From assembly GCA_964481645.1 (NCBI GenBank), contig CAYZUF010000001.1, positions 1 to 28,903 of the forward strand: a stretch of DNA of 28,903 nucleotides, read 5' to 3'. Numbering within the stretch: the stretch's first letter is position 1; each line of letters opens with the position of its first letter. The DNA is from an uncultured Thermotogae bacterium. GTDB taxonomy: Bacteria; Bipolaricaulota; Bipolaricaulia; M55B111. Of this stretch, positions 16,147 to 25,947 are shown one piece after another. The position numbers and the translations under genes are program-made. Under the pieces are notes generated by a model. That model saw only the letters and a list, made by a program, of their open reading frames with translations. It had not been told where the DNA came from and searched no databases.

Positions 16147-17442
16147 ATGAAAACGATCTCCATAGCTGAAGTGGACCAGCATCCCGGTGAGGAAGTGGTA
16201 CTCAGGGGCTGGCTCTACAACCGAAGGTCTAGTGGAGGAATTCAGTTCATTCAATTAAGGGACGGCACGGGGATAATTCAGTGCGTATTAAAGGAGGATT
16301 CTGTCGATACCGACCTCTTCGAGAAGGTTCTGGACCTGAAAAGGGAGTCCTCTCTCCTGGTAAAGGGGACGGTGGAGGAAGACGAGCGAGCCCCGATCGG
16401 CTATGAGCTGGCTGTCTCCGGGGTCCAGGTTCAGCACTCCGTCCAGGACGATTTCCCCATTACCCCGAAAGAACATGGCCCCGGCTTCCTCATGGACAAT
16501 AGGCATCTCTGGATTCGGGCCAAGGGGGCGGCTCCCGTACTCAGAATCAGACACGAGCTGCTCCAGGCCCTGAGAGACTTCTTTGATCGGAAAGGCCTTA
16601 TAGCCACCGAAGGACCGATATTGACCGGGGTCTCGGTGGAGGGCACCACCACCCTATTCGAGACCGATTACTTTGGGGAGAACGCTTACCTAACCCAGAG
16701 TTCTCAGCTCTACCTGGAAGCCACGGCGGCCGCTCTGGGTGAGGTCTACTGGATTGGGCCGGTCTTCAGGGCGGAGAAGTCCAAGACGAGAAAACACCTG
16801 ACCGAATTCTGGATGGCGGAGGCGGAGCTGAGCTGGGTCGAACACGCGGAGAACCTAGAATTCCAGGAAGAGATGGTTCACTCCGTGGTGGACCGATTGG
16901 TAAACGAGAGGCGGGACGAGCTGGAGAGGCTCGGTGTGAACCCGGACCGACTTGCCCAAAAAGTCGAGAAGCCTTTTCCCCGGGTTTCCTACCAAGAGGC
17001 AGTGGATATTGTTAACGGGGCAGGGGTAGAGATGGAATACGGCGAGGACTTTGGTGCCCCGGCGGAAACCGCCCTCGGGGACCATTTCGGAAAGCCCGTC
17101 TTTATCGAGGCCTTCCCCCGCGAGTTGAAGCCGTTCTACATGGAACCGACCCCGGAAGGGGATAAGGTCTACGCGGCGGACTTGATCGCCCCGGACGGTT
17201 ACGGGGAGTTGATTGGGGGGAGCCAGCGGATTGACGACCTCGACCTGCTCAAGCGGAGACTCGAGGAAGAGGACTTACCGCAGGAACCGTACGAATGGTA
17301 CCTGGACTTGAGAAGATACGGCTCCGTTCCTCATTCCGGTTTCGGATTAGGGGTGGAGAGAACCATTGCCTGGGTATGTAATTTGGATCACGTGAGAGAA
17401 ACCATCCCCTTTCCCCGGCAGATCAACAGAATTTACCCTTAA
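16147..17442 (+). CDS. asnS: Asparagine--tRNA ligase
   Basis: OB-fold N-terminus, YLTQSSQLYLE, FRAEKSKTRKHLTEFWMAEAE, ELIGGSQR and YGSVPHSGFGLGVER. Confidence 0.95.
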   Translation: MKTISIAEVDQHPGEEVVLRGWLYNRRSSGGIQFIQLRDGTGIIQCVLKEDSVDTDLFEKVLDLKRESSLLVKGTVEEDERAPIGYELAVSGVQVQHSVQDDFPITPKEHGPGFLMDNRHLWIRAKGAAPVLRIRHELLQALRDFFDRKGLIATEGPILTGVSVEGTTTLFETDYFGENAYLTQSSQLYLEATAAALGEVYWIGPVFRAEKSKTRKHLTEFWMAEAELSWVEHAENLEFQEEMVHSVVDRLVNERRDELERLGVNPDRLAQKVEKPFPRVSYQEAVDIVNGAGVEMEYGEDFGAPAETALGDHFGKPVFIEAFPRELKPFYMEPTPEGDKVYAADLIAPDGYGELIGGSQRIDDLDLLKRRLEEEDLPQEPYEWYLDLRRYGSVPHSGFGLGVERTIAWVCNLDHVRETIPFPRQINRIYP

Positions 17443-17444
17443 AT

Positions 17445-17831
17445 ATGAGTCTAAAGAGTTTCTTTCGTCCCCTGAGAGACGTATTTTGGTTCGGATCCAG
17501 CTCGGAGGATATGATTCAACGGCAGTCGGAAACCGTGGAAGAGCACGATGTCTTCTTTCTCGTTCGTGACGCGGTTGACTACGAAGACCGGGTGAAAAAT
17601 TTGAGGTCCTGGATCGAGGGCTACTTCGAAGAGGCCCGGGTTTTGCTGAACGACCCGGACTCCATGGAACCTTATATCGACCTCACCCTGGATGTGGAGA
17701 CCGAGGAAGGAGAATTTCGTCTAGTTTACTACGAAAACGACGAGCTGGTGCTCAGAGGGGATCGGAAGGTGGTTGAGGAGATAAGAGATCCGGTTAGTCG
17801 GGAGTTAGATTTAAACTTCCGTCGGGTCTAG
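17445..17831 (+). CDS. Hypothetical protein
   Basis: 128-aa acidic ORF starting 2 nt after the asnS stop. Composition matches the genome's other proteins. No family recognised. Confidence 0.75.
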   Translation: MSLKSFFRPLRDVFWFGSSSEDMIQRQSETVEEHDVFFLVRDAVDYEDRVKNLRSWIEGYFEEARVLLNDPDSMEPYIDLTLDVETEEGEFRLVYYENDELVLRGDRKVVEEIRDPVSRELDLNFRRV

Positions 17832-18151
17832 CGGCCAAATTCACCAAAACCGGCCAGAACCACCGGTACACCCCTGCATCGGCTCGGCTGTTTTTCTACA
17901 AGCCACGCCCGGAAGGTCGGGGTAATTGACTTCTTATGCCGCCCCAGGTTGACTTCCAAGGACCTCCAGTTTTAATTGCTTGAATCCGACGGTTCCCGGG
18001 GCCTGTAGGACACCGTGACCGAGCTGGAAGAGGAAGAATTGATCCAGACCATCAGTTATACCGGTTCGATCCGGGCCAGAAACGACCGGATTTGATGGAA
18101 GCAAGGGAAAGAAGTGCCGAGCCGCTCAATCGTCTTTATCAGGGTTCAGGA

Positions 18152-18589
18152 CTAAATAAGCTCCCCTTCTTCGGCGTCGATTTCCTTTTCCAGTATCCGG
18201 GAAGCCGTCTCGGCCCTCGCCAGCACCTCGTCGGCTTCGTCGATCACGATAGCTTTGGACTTCACTATTCCGTGCCGCTGATCTACTACCCTGGCCCGGA
18301 CCGTGATCTCCTCCTCTAAAGGGACCGGTTTGAGGAAACTGCAGTTTAGTTCGTAACTGGGAGCCACGTGTTCCGTCTCCGCCATGGCTGCCCACGCCGA
18401 AGCTTCGTCGAGTAAGGTGGCCACTATGCCTCCGTGGGCGCTACCTCTGAAACCCTGGTAGTGTTCATTTAGGGCGGTTTCTGCCACTATCCACTCCCCG
18501 TCCCGCCGAAATTCCAGTTTTAGCCCTATCGGGTTGTCGCCGCAGCCGAAACAACGGTTATTCTCTTTCGACCAAACGAAAGGGTCCAT
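18152..18589 (-). CDS. PaaI-family hotdog-fold thioesterase
   Basis: CFGCGDNPIGL, HYQGFRGSAHGGIVATLLDEA and FLKPVPL. SD GGAGG upstream. Confidence 0.9.
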   Translation of the reverse strand: MDPFVWSKENNRCFGCGDNPIGLKLEFRRDGEWIVAETALNEHYQGFRGSAHGGIVATLLDEASAWAAMAETEHVAPSYELNCSFLKPVPLEEEITVRARVVDQRHGIVKSKAIVIDEADEVLARAETASRILEKEIDAEEGELI

Positions 18590-18626
18590 CGGTAGATGAC
18601 TCCTCCCTTAACCATCCACGAGTGCG

Positions 18627-18658
18627 AAAAGGGGAGCCCGGGATTTCCCGGGCTCCCC
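18627..18658 (-). terminator. Rho-independent terminator of the pyrophosphatase gene
   Basis: Perfect 12-bp stem GGGGAGCCCGGG-4 nt-CCCGGGCTCCCC followed by TTTT on the minus strand, ~25 nt after the stop. Confidence 0.85.
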
Positions 18659-18682
18659 GGTAAGCAATAGGATTATATTGTC

Positions 18683-20893
18683 CTAAAAGATGATTGGATA
18701 GACCGGGAACAGGGACGCGAAAAGGATCGAAACCACGGACATTAGTTTGGCCAAGATATCCAGCGAGGGACCCACCGTATCTTTGAGGGGGTCACCCACG
18801 GTATCTCCGACCACGCTGGCGTCGTGAGCTTCGGATCTCTTTCCGCCGAAGTTTCCCTCTTCGATGTACTTCTTGGCGTTGTCCAGTGCCCCGCCGGTGT
18901 TGGCACAGTAGATTGCGAGCTGGAGACAGGAGAGAAGAGCCCCGATCAGGAAACCGGCCAGCGCCAATCTCCCCAGTACCAGGCCCACGATTATTGGCAT
19001 GAATACCGCAAGTAACGAGGGGACGACCATCCTGCGCAGCCCCCCGGCCGAGGTAATCGATATACATTTGTTGTAGTCCGGTTTGGTCTCACCCTTGAGT
19101 ATCCCCGGCATTTCTTCGAACTGGCGTCTCACTTCCCGGACCATGGTTCCCGCCGTCTCGCTGACCCCTCTTATCAACAGGGACGAGAAGACGTAGGGGA
19201 TCATTGCACCCAGGAAAAGGGCGGCCACTACGGATCCTCCGATGCCCGGCTTCGATGAGAGTATTTCGATTGTCGGTACCTTGACGGCTTCCGCGCTTCC
19301 GATGGCCGACCACATATAAGCTGCGATTAATGCCAGTGCCGAGAATGCGGCTGACCCGATTGCAAATCCCTTTCCAATTGCTGCGGTGGTATTGCCGATG
19401 GAGTCCAGTTTGTCCGTCCTATCCCTGACGCTTTCGGGGAGCCCGGCTCCTTCGGCAATCCCCCCTGCGTTGTCCGCAATCGGCCCGTAAGTGTCTACGG
19501 ATACCGTTATGGCCACAAATGAGAGCATGCCGAGGGCGCCGTAAGCAACGCCCATCAACCCGGCGAGCCAATAAGTTATCATCACAGCCAGCGCTATGGC
19601 AAGAGCAGGAATGAACGTGCTAAGCATACCCACCGCCATTCCGGAAGTAATCCCCACCGCCGTTCCGGAGTCGTTCATTTCGGCGATTCGCTGTACCGGG
19701 TTGTATTCAGCTGAGGTGTAGTACTCCGAGATGTAGCCGATCACTATTCCTACCAGTGCTCCGGTTAGAACCGCCCAGAACGGGGCAAAGTTCATTGGGG
19801 AGATCCAGATAATGATGAATGCGAATACGGCCGTCAGCAGGGCCGAAATTCTTGTTCCGTTCATCAGGGTTGTCTGCATACCTTCTTCTCTCTTGCTCAT
19901 CCTGATGTACTGGACCCCAATTATGCTGGAGAATATCCCCGCGGCGACTATCAGCATCGGGGCGAAGATCGACCACCAGAACTGCGAGGTGGTGAGGCCG
20001 ACGCTGAGCCCGAGGTTCCCTAGCATCTTTTGCAGTGACGGAGCTACGGTACCCTCGACTCCCTGACCGACGAATACGTAGAGCATGATAACTATTACGG
20101 AAATTATCGACCCGATGAACGATTCGAGTAGGTCGGCTCCCAGACCTCCCACGTCTCCGACGTTATCTCCGACGTTGTCGGCCACGGAAGCAGGGTTCCG
20201 CGGGTCGTCCTCGGGCAGTCCCTTTTCCACTTTTCCCACCAGGTCGGCTCCCATGTCGGCCGCCTTGGTGTAGATGCCTCCTCCCACACGATCGAAGAGG
20301 GCTACCAGAGACGCACCCATCGAATAAGCACTGACGATGAGCGCTCCTTTGATCAGGTTTACGTCCCGCCCGAGTAACTGGCTTATCACGGGGATGGATT
20401 TGGTCTGAATCTGAAGAGTCGCTGGATTGAAGGATCCTCTAAAAATGGATATAACCAGAACCAATCCTCCCAGAGCCAGCCCGGCCACGGCCAGGCCCAT
20501 TACGGCTCCGCCGGAGATCGCTATGTTGAGGGCCTCCCTGAAATTAGACCTCGCCGCGTTGGTGGTTCTTCCGTTGGACAAGGTAGCTGAGTTCATGCCG
20601 ATAAAAGCTGCAGTCATTGAGAGAACGGCCCCAATGACGAAAGCTATCGCTACCTGCCAGTAGAAAATGCCCCAGAGTAGCCCGGCGATGATCAGCATTA
20701 CCACGGCGAATACCCGAACCTCCTCGCTCATAAAGGTCCAGGCACCTTCGCGAATGTAGCTCTGGAGGTCCTTCATTTTATCCGTACCCTGATCCTGGTG
20801 AGATACGTAACGAACTAAATACCAGGCGAGAATCAGCGCGAGGGCTGAAATAATCCCCGGTACTAGACTTAAATCGTAGATCGGTAACATCAA
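18683..20893 (-). CDS. hppA: Membrane-bound K+-dependent, probably Na+-translocating pyrophosphatase
   Basis: DRVGGGIYTKAADMGADLVGKVEKGLPEDDPRN, DNVGDNVGD, GADLLES, GNTTAAIGKG and GDTVGDPLKDTVGPSLDIL. Confidence 0.96.
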   Translation of the reverse strand: MMLPIYDLSLVPGIISALALILAWYLVRYVSHQDQGTDKMKDLQSYIREGAWTFMSEEVRVFAVVMLIIAGLLWGIFYWQVAIAFVIGAVLSMTAAFIGMNSATLSNGRTTNAARSNFREALNIAISGGAVMGLAVAGLALGGLVLVISIFRGSFNPATLQIQTKSIPVISQLLGRDVNLIKGALIVSAYSMGASLVALFDRVGGGIYTKAADMGADLVGKVEKGLPEDDPRNPASVADNVGDNVGDVGGLGADLLESFIGSIISVIVIMLYVFVGQGVEGTVAPSLQKMLGNLGLSVGLTTSQFWWSIFAPMLIVAAGIFSSIIGVQYIRMSKREEGMQTTLMNGTRISALLTAVFAFIIIWISPMNFAPFWAVLTGALVGIVIGYISEYYTSAEYNPVQRIAEMNDSGTAVGITSGMAVGMLSTFIPALAIALAVMITYWLAGLMGVAYGALGMLSFVAITVSVDTYGPIADNAGGIAEGAGLPESVRDRTDKLDSIGNTTAAIGKGFAIGSAAFSALALIAAYMWSAIGSAEAVKVPTIEILSSKPGIGGSVVAALFLGAMIPYVFSSLLIRGVSETAGTMVREVRRQFEEMPGILKGETKPDYNKCISITSAGGLRRMVVPSLLAVFMPIIVGLVLGRLALAGFLIGALLSCLQLAIYCANTGGALDNAKKYIEEGNFGGKRSEAHDASVVGDTVGDPLKDTVGPSLDILAKLMSVVSILFASLFPVYPIIF

Positions 20894-20991
20894 TAAATCT
20901 CCTCCGCTTGACTTTAGTTGGGTTTATTTACGGTTAAACTTTATACTTGTTTTCCCGGTCCCGAAGTGGGAATTGAACCCGTTTTTCCCCG

Positions 20992-22428
20992 CTAATCGCG
21001 AGCCTCTATACCTTTTCCGATTCGTCTTCCGGTTGCTTCAGGTCCTAAAATGCTGATGACTTCCTTGATCTCCGGACCGGATACGTTTCCAGTGACTGCG
21101 GCCCGCAGGGGTTTGTATACTTCCTTGTAACTTAGCTCCAGGTCTTCTTTGACCTCTTTTACCGCCGTAGATACGTCTTCCGGCTCCAGTTCCTCGCTGC
21201 AGGAAAGTTTTTCTTTCAGGGTTTGAAGAATCCGGGCTGAATTCTCCCGGTCCAGGACCTCCTTAGCCTCCGGAGAGAACTCCAGCGGTCCGTAAAAAAT
21301 ACTCAGGTCCTGGTGATCCTGGAGGTCGCTTAGCTTATCGAGCGAGGGTCTGATCAACGCTAAAACGTTCCGGAGCTCCTCTCTTTCTTCCTGGTCTAAC
21401 TCCCCTTCGACGTAATTTCCCCGCCGCAAAAACGGGATAGCTAAATCGGTAAGTCGGTCCAGTTCGGCGTTTTTGATATATTGATTGTTAAACCAATCCA
21501 GTTTTTCCCTGTCGAAGACCTGCGGGCTGTCGATTACGTTCTGTAAGGAAAAATTTTCGATCAGCTCCGGGACGGAAAAAAGCTCCTGCTCATCTTTGGA
21601 AGACCAGCCGAGCTGAGCGAGGTGATTGACCAGGGCCTCCGGTAAATAACCTTCCTCCCTGAATTTTTTGACCGAAGTGGCTCCACTTCGTTTGCTCAAT
21701 TTTGCCTTGTCCGGCCCCAGCAACATGGATAAGTGGCCGAATTCGGGGCGTTCAAAGTCGAGCGCTTCGTAGAGGAGGATCTGCTTTCCGGTATTGGTAA
21801 GGTGATCTTCGGCCCTCATGACCAGGCTTATCTCCATCAGGTGGTCGTCGAGAACGCAGGCGAAATTATAGCTCGGGGTGCCGTCCGATTTCAGGATTAC
21901 GAAGTCGCCGGTGGTCAGGCTTTCGAACTCGACTTTGCCCTTGATCCGATCGGGGACCACCACTGAGGGTTGCTCTTCGGGCAATTTGAATCTTATCACC
22001 GAGTCCCTTCCCTCCTCTCGAAATTCCCGTTTTTCTTCTTCGGATAGGTTTCGACATCTACCGTCGTAGATCGGCGGCCTGTCCTCGGCCAGAGCCTCTT
22101 CTCTCCTTTCCTCCAGTTCTTCTTCCGTGCAAAAACAATGGTAGGCTTTCCCCTCGTGAACCAACCGCCGGGCGTATCTCTCGTAGATCTCCAGCCTGTC
22201 GGATTGCTTGTAGTATTCGTCCCAGTTCAGCCCCAGCCAGTTGAGATCTTCCCTGATGCTTTCCGTGTATTCCTCGCTGGAACGTTTTACGTCCGTATCT
22301 TCGATCCGGAGGACCAACTTACCATCGTGTTTTTTGGCGTATAACCAATTAAATAATGCCGTCCTCGCACCTCCCACGTGGAGCCAGCCGGTGGGAGAAG
22401 GAGCAAACCTTACTCTCTCTGTCTTCAC
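20992..22428 (-). CDS. gltX: Glutamate--tRNA ligase
   Basis: RFAPSPTGWLHVGG (HIGH), LRIEDTD, CFC...YDGRCR, and KLSKR (KMSKS). The start is placed at GTG 22428, which has a GGAGG SD 8 nt upstream, rather than TTG 22443. Confidence 0.96.
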   Translation of the reverse strand: MKTERVRFAPSPTGWLHVGGARTALFNWLYAKKHDGKLVLRIEDTDVKRSSEEYTESIREDLNWLGLNWDEYYKQSDRLEIYERYARRLVHEGKAYHCFCTEEELEERREEALAEDRPPIYDGRCRNLSEEEKREFREEGRDSVIRFKLPEEQPSVVVPDRIKGKVEFESLTTGDFVILKSDGTPSYNFACVLDDHLMEISLVMRAEDHLTNTGKQILLYEALDFERPEFGHLSMLLGPDKAKLSKRSGATSVKKFREEGYLPEALVNHLAQLGWSSKDEQELFSVPELIENFSLQNVIDSPQVFDREKLDWFNNQYIKNAELDRLTDLAIPFLRRGNYVEGELDQEEREELRNVLALIRPSLDKLSDLQDHQDLSIFYGPLEFSPEAKEVLDRENSARILQTLKEKLSCSEELEPEDVSTAVKEVKEDLELSYKEVYKPLRAAVTGNVSGPEIKEVISILGPEATGRRIGKGIEARD

Positions 22429-22572
22429 AAATATTTCCTCCAACTATTTTTCTGAGCGCTATCTATAAATCTGCCCTAAATATTATAGAGCGGAAGGGGA
22501 AAGTGCAAATGAAATGACCTCTCACGGAAGAACAGGCACCTAGAGGGGTTGGGGGTTAAGTCAAGTCCTCGC

Positions 22573-24561
22573 TTATTGAGGGGCGAGCTCCTCCTTCAAT
22601 TCTTCTATTTCGTCACGATAGGCGGCAGCTTTTTCGAACTCCAGCCTCTCCGCCGCTTCGTTCATGGACTGTTCGAGTTTTTCCACCAACATTACGATCT
22701 CGCTTTCTTCCATCCCCTCTAGTTCCTCGGTTTCCGGTACCCTCACTTCCTTGCTTGCATCGGGATCTATCAGCTGGGCGATATCCGTGATCTCCTTCTT
22801 TATGGTCTCGGGCTCGATGTCGTGCTTTTCGTTGTATTCTACCTGTATCTCGCGTCTTCGATTCGTCTCCTCTATAGCCCGCCTCATCGAATCGGTCATC
22901 TCCTCGGCGTAAAGGATGACTTTTCCCCTTACGTTTCGGGCGGCCCGTCCCATGGTCTGGATTAGCGAGGTGTCGGACCGCAGAAAACCCTCCTTGTCCG
23001 CGTCCAGGATGGCCACCAGAGAAGCCTCCGGGAGATCCAGGCCTTCCCGGAGCAAGTTTATGCCCACCAGGACGTTGAACTCTCCCTGTCTGAGCTCGCG
23101 GAGGATTCGTACCCGGTCGATGGTATCTATCTCGGAATGAAGATAACGGGCCTTGATTCCCACTTCGAGGAAGTAGTCGGATAGTTCTTCGGCCAGTTTT
23201 TTTGTCAGGGTAGTAACCAGTACCCTCTCGTCACGAGCGGTGACCTTCTCGATTTCGTTAATCAGGTCATCGACCTGGTTCTCGATGGGCCTGACCTCTA
23301 CTTCCGGATCGACCAGACCGGTGGGTCGAATGATCTGTTCTACCACCTGCTCGCTCTGTTCGTACTCGTAGGGGCCGGGGGTGGCGGAAGTGTAGATTAC
23401 CTGATCGATCCTTTCCTCGAATTCCTCGAATTGGAGGGGGCGATTGTCCAGAGCGGAGGGCAGCCGGTAGCCGTGGTCCACCAGGGTTTCCTTCCTCGAC
23501 CTATCCCCGTTGTACATTCCCCCCAGCTGGGGTATGGTCTGATGAGATTCGTCGACGAAAATGAGAAAATCGTCGGGAAAGTAGTCGATCAGAGTGAAGG
23601 GGGGATCCCCGGGACCCCGGTCGGTTAGATGCCTCGAGTAGTTCTCTATTCCCTTGCAATAGCCCAGTTCCTCCATCATTTCCAGGTCGTATCTGGTCCT
23701 ATTTTCCAGCCTCTGAGCCTCCAGCAACTTCCCCCTTTCCCGCAGCTCCTCGAGTCGCTCCTCCAGTTCTTCTTCGATGGCTTCTATTGCCTCGGTTAAC
23801 TTTGATTGGGAAGTGATAAAGTGGGTGGCGGGGTAGATAACCACCTGGTCCTTTTCCTCGATGGTTCTACCGGTAATCGAATCGATCAATCTGATTCTGT
23901 CTATCACGTCACCAAAGAACTCTACTCGAATCACTTCCTCCCCGTAGATGGGGACTATTTCCACGGAATCTCCGCGGACTCTGAACGTCCCCCGTTCGGG
24001 ATTATAGTCGTTTCGCTTGTATTGCAGCCTGACCAGATTCCTCAGCAGGTGATCTCGTTTCAGCTGGCTATCCAGTGTCAGGGGCCGGGCCATGTCCGAA
24101 TAAGTATCCGGCGAACCCAATCCGTAGATGCAGGAGACACTGGCTACTATGATTACGTCTTCCCGCTCGAAGAGGGCGGAAGTAGCTTTGTGTCGCAGGC
24201 GGTCGATCTCGTCGTTGATCGAGGAGTCTTTTTCTATGTATGTATCCGTTTCGGGGACGTAGGCTTCGGGCTGGTAATAATCGTAGTAGGAAACGAAATA
24301 GTGGACGGCGTTATCCGGAAACAGCTCGTTGAATTCATTCCAGAGCTGGGCGGTGAGCGTCTTGTTATGGGCGATTACCAGGGTAGGCTTCTGTACATTC
24401 TCGATGACGTTTGCCATGGTGAAAGTCTTCCCGGTTCCCGTGGCACCGAGCAGGGTCTGATGGGTCATGCCCTCGTCGAGTCCCCGGGTAAGCTTCTCTA
24501 TTGCCTTTGGCTGATCGCCCCTGGGTACCTTGTCGGTCTGGAGGTCAAATTGTTCGCTCAT
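22573..24561 (-). CDS. uvrB: Excinuclease ABC subunit B
   Basis: [27 protein letters not shown] beta-hairpin, [15 protein letters not shown] and a C-terminal UVR domain ([13 protein letters not shown]). Confidence 0.98.
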   Translation of the reverse strand: MSEQFDLQTDKVPRGDQPKAIEKLTRGLDEGMTHQTLLGATGTGKTFTMANVIENVQKPTLVIAHNKTLTAQLWNEFNELFPDNAVHYFVSYYDYYQPEAYVPETDTYIEKDSSINDEIDRLRHKATSALFEREDVIIVASVSCIYGLGSPDTYSDMARPLTLDSQLKRDHLLRNLVRLQYKRNDYNPERGTFRVRGDSVEIVPIYGEEVIRVEFFGDVIDRIRLIDSITGRTIEEKDQVVIYPATHFITSQSKLTEAIEAIEEELEERLEELRERGKLLEAQRLENRTRYDLEMMEELGYCKGIENYSRHLTDRGPGDPPFTLIDYFPDDFLIFVDESHQTIPQLGGMYNGDRSRKETLVDHGYRLPSALDNRPLQFEEFEERIDQVIYTSATPGPYEYEQSEQVVEQIIRPTGLVDPEVEVRPIENQVDDLINEIEKVTARDERVLVTTLTKKLAEELSDYFLEVGIKARYLHSEIDTIDRVRILRELRQGEFNVLVGINLLREGLDLPEASLVAILDADKEGFLRSDTSLIQTMGRAARNVRGKVILYAEEMTDSMRRAIEETNRRREIQVEYNEKHDIEPETIKKEITDIAQLIDPDASKEVRVPETEELEGMEESEIVMLVEKLEQSMNEAAERLEFEKAAAYRDEIEELKEELAPQ

Positions 24562-24695
24562 ATCGGCCTAATTTTAACCAATGGGGGGATATTTGTCAGT
24601 GGGTGGGGTATGGATTAACTTCGGTAGCAGGGGAGTCCTACATACTCACTTCTTTCGCTCCGGGATTCGAGTGAGATAGAAGCTTGCTTTCCTGG

Positions 24696-24791
24696 GTAAC
24701 CTCCCTTCGTCCTTTCCTGGCACTTCGATTTGTTCTATGATTAATTCTTGGAAGGGGAAGTCAGGCGCCAGGAAAGGAGAAGGGAGGTTAT
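24696..24791. repeat. Long inverted repeat (24-bp arms, one bulge) flanked by CTGG direct repeats; MITE-like element or long RNA hairpin
   Basis: TAACCTCCCTTC[G]TCCTTTCCTGGC (24697-24721) pairs with GCCAGGAAAGGAGAAGGGAGGTTA (24767-24790) around a 45-nt spacer. CTGG lies at 24692-24695 and 24792-24795. Confidence 0.75.
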
Positions 24792-24837
24792 CTGGTGGGG
24801 ATTATTCAGGCAAGGTAAAGTGGTGAAAGAATTGAGA

Positions 24838-25863
24838 TTAAAGCAGGCGATTGGACTCGTAATCGAGGTGTTCGAGGCCCTTTGCCGTGATCTTTCGGCC
24901 CTGGCTGGTCCTTTCCAGGAAGCCCTTGGTCAGAAGATAGGGCTCATAAACCTCGGATATGGTGTCCTTCTGTTCGGAGAGAGCGGCGGAGATCGTGTCC
25001 AGCCCCACCGGCCCCCCATCAAACTTCTCGATGATGGTGGAAAGTATCCGGCGATCGAGCTTGTCCAGACCCTTATCGTCGATGCCCAGCATCTCCAGGG
25101 CCTCGCGGGCCACCTCTCTGTCTATGTATCCGTCCGCCCTTACCTCTGCGTAATCCCTGGTTCTTTTTAGAAGCCGGTTTGCGACCCGGGGGGTTCCTCG
25201 AGATCTTTTGGCGATCTCGTTGGCTCCGCTCTTTCCGTCGTTTATCTCGATCTCCAGAAGTTTCGCCCCTCGCAGTACTATCCTCTCGATAGCCTCTACG
25301 TCATAAAAATCCAGATGGAGAACGACCTCGAAGCGGTCCCGGAGCGGGGAGGTCAACAGACCCGTCCTGGTGGTGGCCCCGATCAGAGTGAAGGGTGGAA
25401 CGTCGAGTCTGATCGATTGGGCGCTGGGTCCCTCTCCGATTACGATATCTATTTTGAAGTCCTCCATAGCGGGATAAAGGACCTCTTCAACATTTCGTCT
25501 CAACCGATGGATTTCGTCTATGAAGAGGATGTCACCGGGAGTCAAATTACTGACGATGGCCGCCAGATCCCCCGGCTTATCTATTGCCGGACCGGAGGTG
25601 GTCTTTATGTTGACTCCCATTTCGTGAGCCACTATATGGGCGAGGGTCGTTTTTCCGAGCCCTGGGGGGCCGTGAAAGAGTGTGTGGTCGACAGAATCCC
25701 CCCGGTTAAGCGCCGCCTCCAGCAGAATTGATAGCCTCTTCTTGACCGGTTTCTGACCGATAAAATCGTCGAGCTTCTTGGGTCGGAGGTTGGAGAGGCT
25801 GGAATCACCAGGGTTATTTTCCCGACTCAAGGGGCCCCGATCCTCTATTTCTTCGTCACTCAT
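24838..25863 (-). CDS. ruvB: Holliday junction branch migration helicase RuvB
   Basis: [58 protein letters not shown] and EPYLL...RTSQGR. The start is probably ATG 25863 rather than 25902. Confidence 0.98.
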   Translation of the reverse strand: MSDEEIEDRGPLSRENNPGDSSLSNLRPKKLDDFIGQKPVKKRLSILLEAALNRGDSVDHTLFHGPPGLGKTTLAHIVAHEMGVNIKTTSGPAIDKPGDLAAIVSNLTPGDILFIDEIHRLRRNVEEVLYPAMEDFKIDIVIGEGPSAQSIRLDVPPFTLIGATTRTGLLTSPLRDRFEVVLHLDFYDVEAIERIVLRGAKLLEIEINDGKSGANEIAKRSRGTPRVANRLLKRTRDYAEVRADGYIDREVAREALEMLGIDDKGLDKLDRRILSTIIEKFDGGPVGLDTISAALSEQKDTISEVYEPYLLTKGFLERTSQGRKITAKGLEHLDYESNRLL

Positions 25864-25918
25864 AGCCCAATTATTGTAAATGCCTAAGCAGCCCCCGTGC
25901 AACAGCTATTTTCCCCTT

Positions 25919-25947
25919 TTGATTTGTCGAATTGGCGTCGATATAAT
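25919..25947 (+). promoter_or_regulatory. Putative sigma70 promoter of the nrnA-ribF-orf-cca operon
   Basis: TTGATT-17 nt-TATAAT. Confidence 0.7.

Noticed and set aside
9878-17935. Identical 13-mer TAATTGACTTCTT at 9878-9890 and 17923-17935
   Set aside because: A few repeated 13-mers are expected by chance in 29 kb, and it is built around a -35-like TTGAC word.
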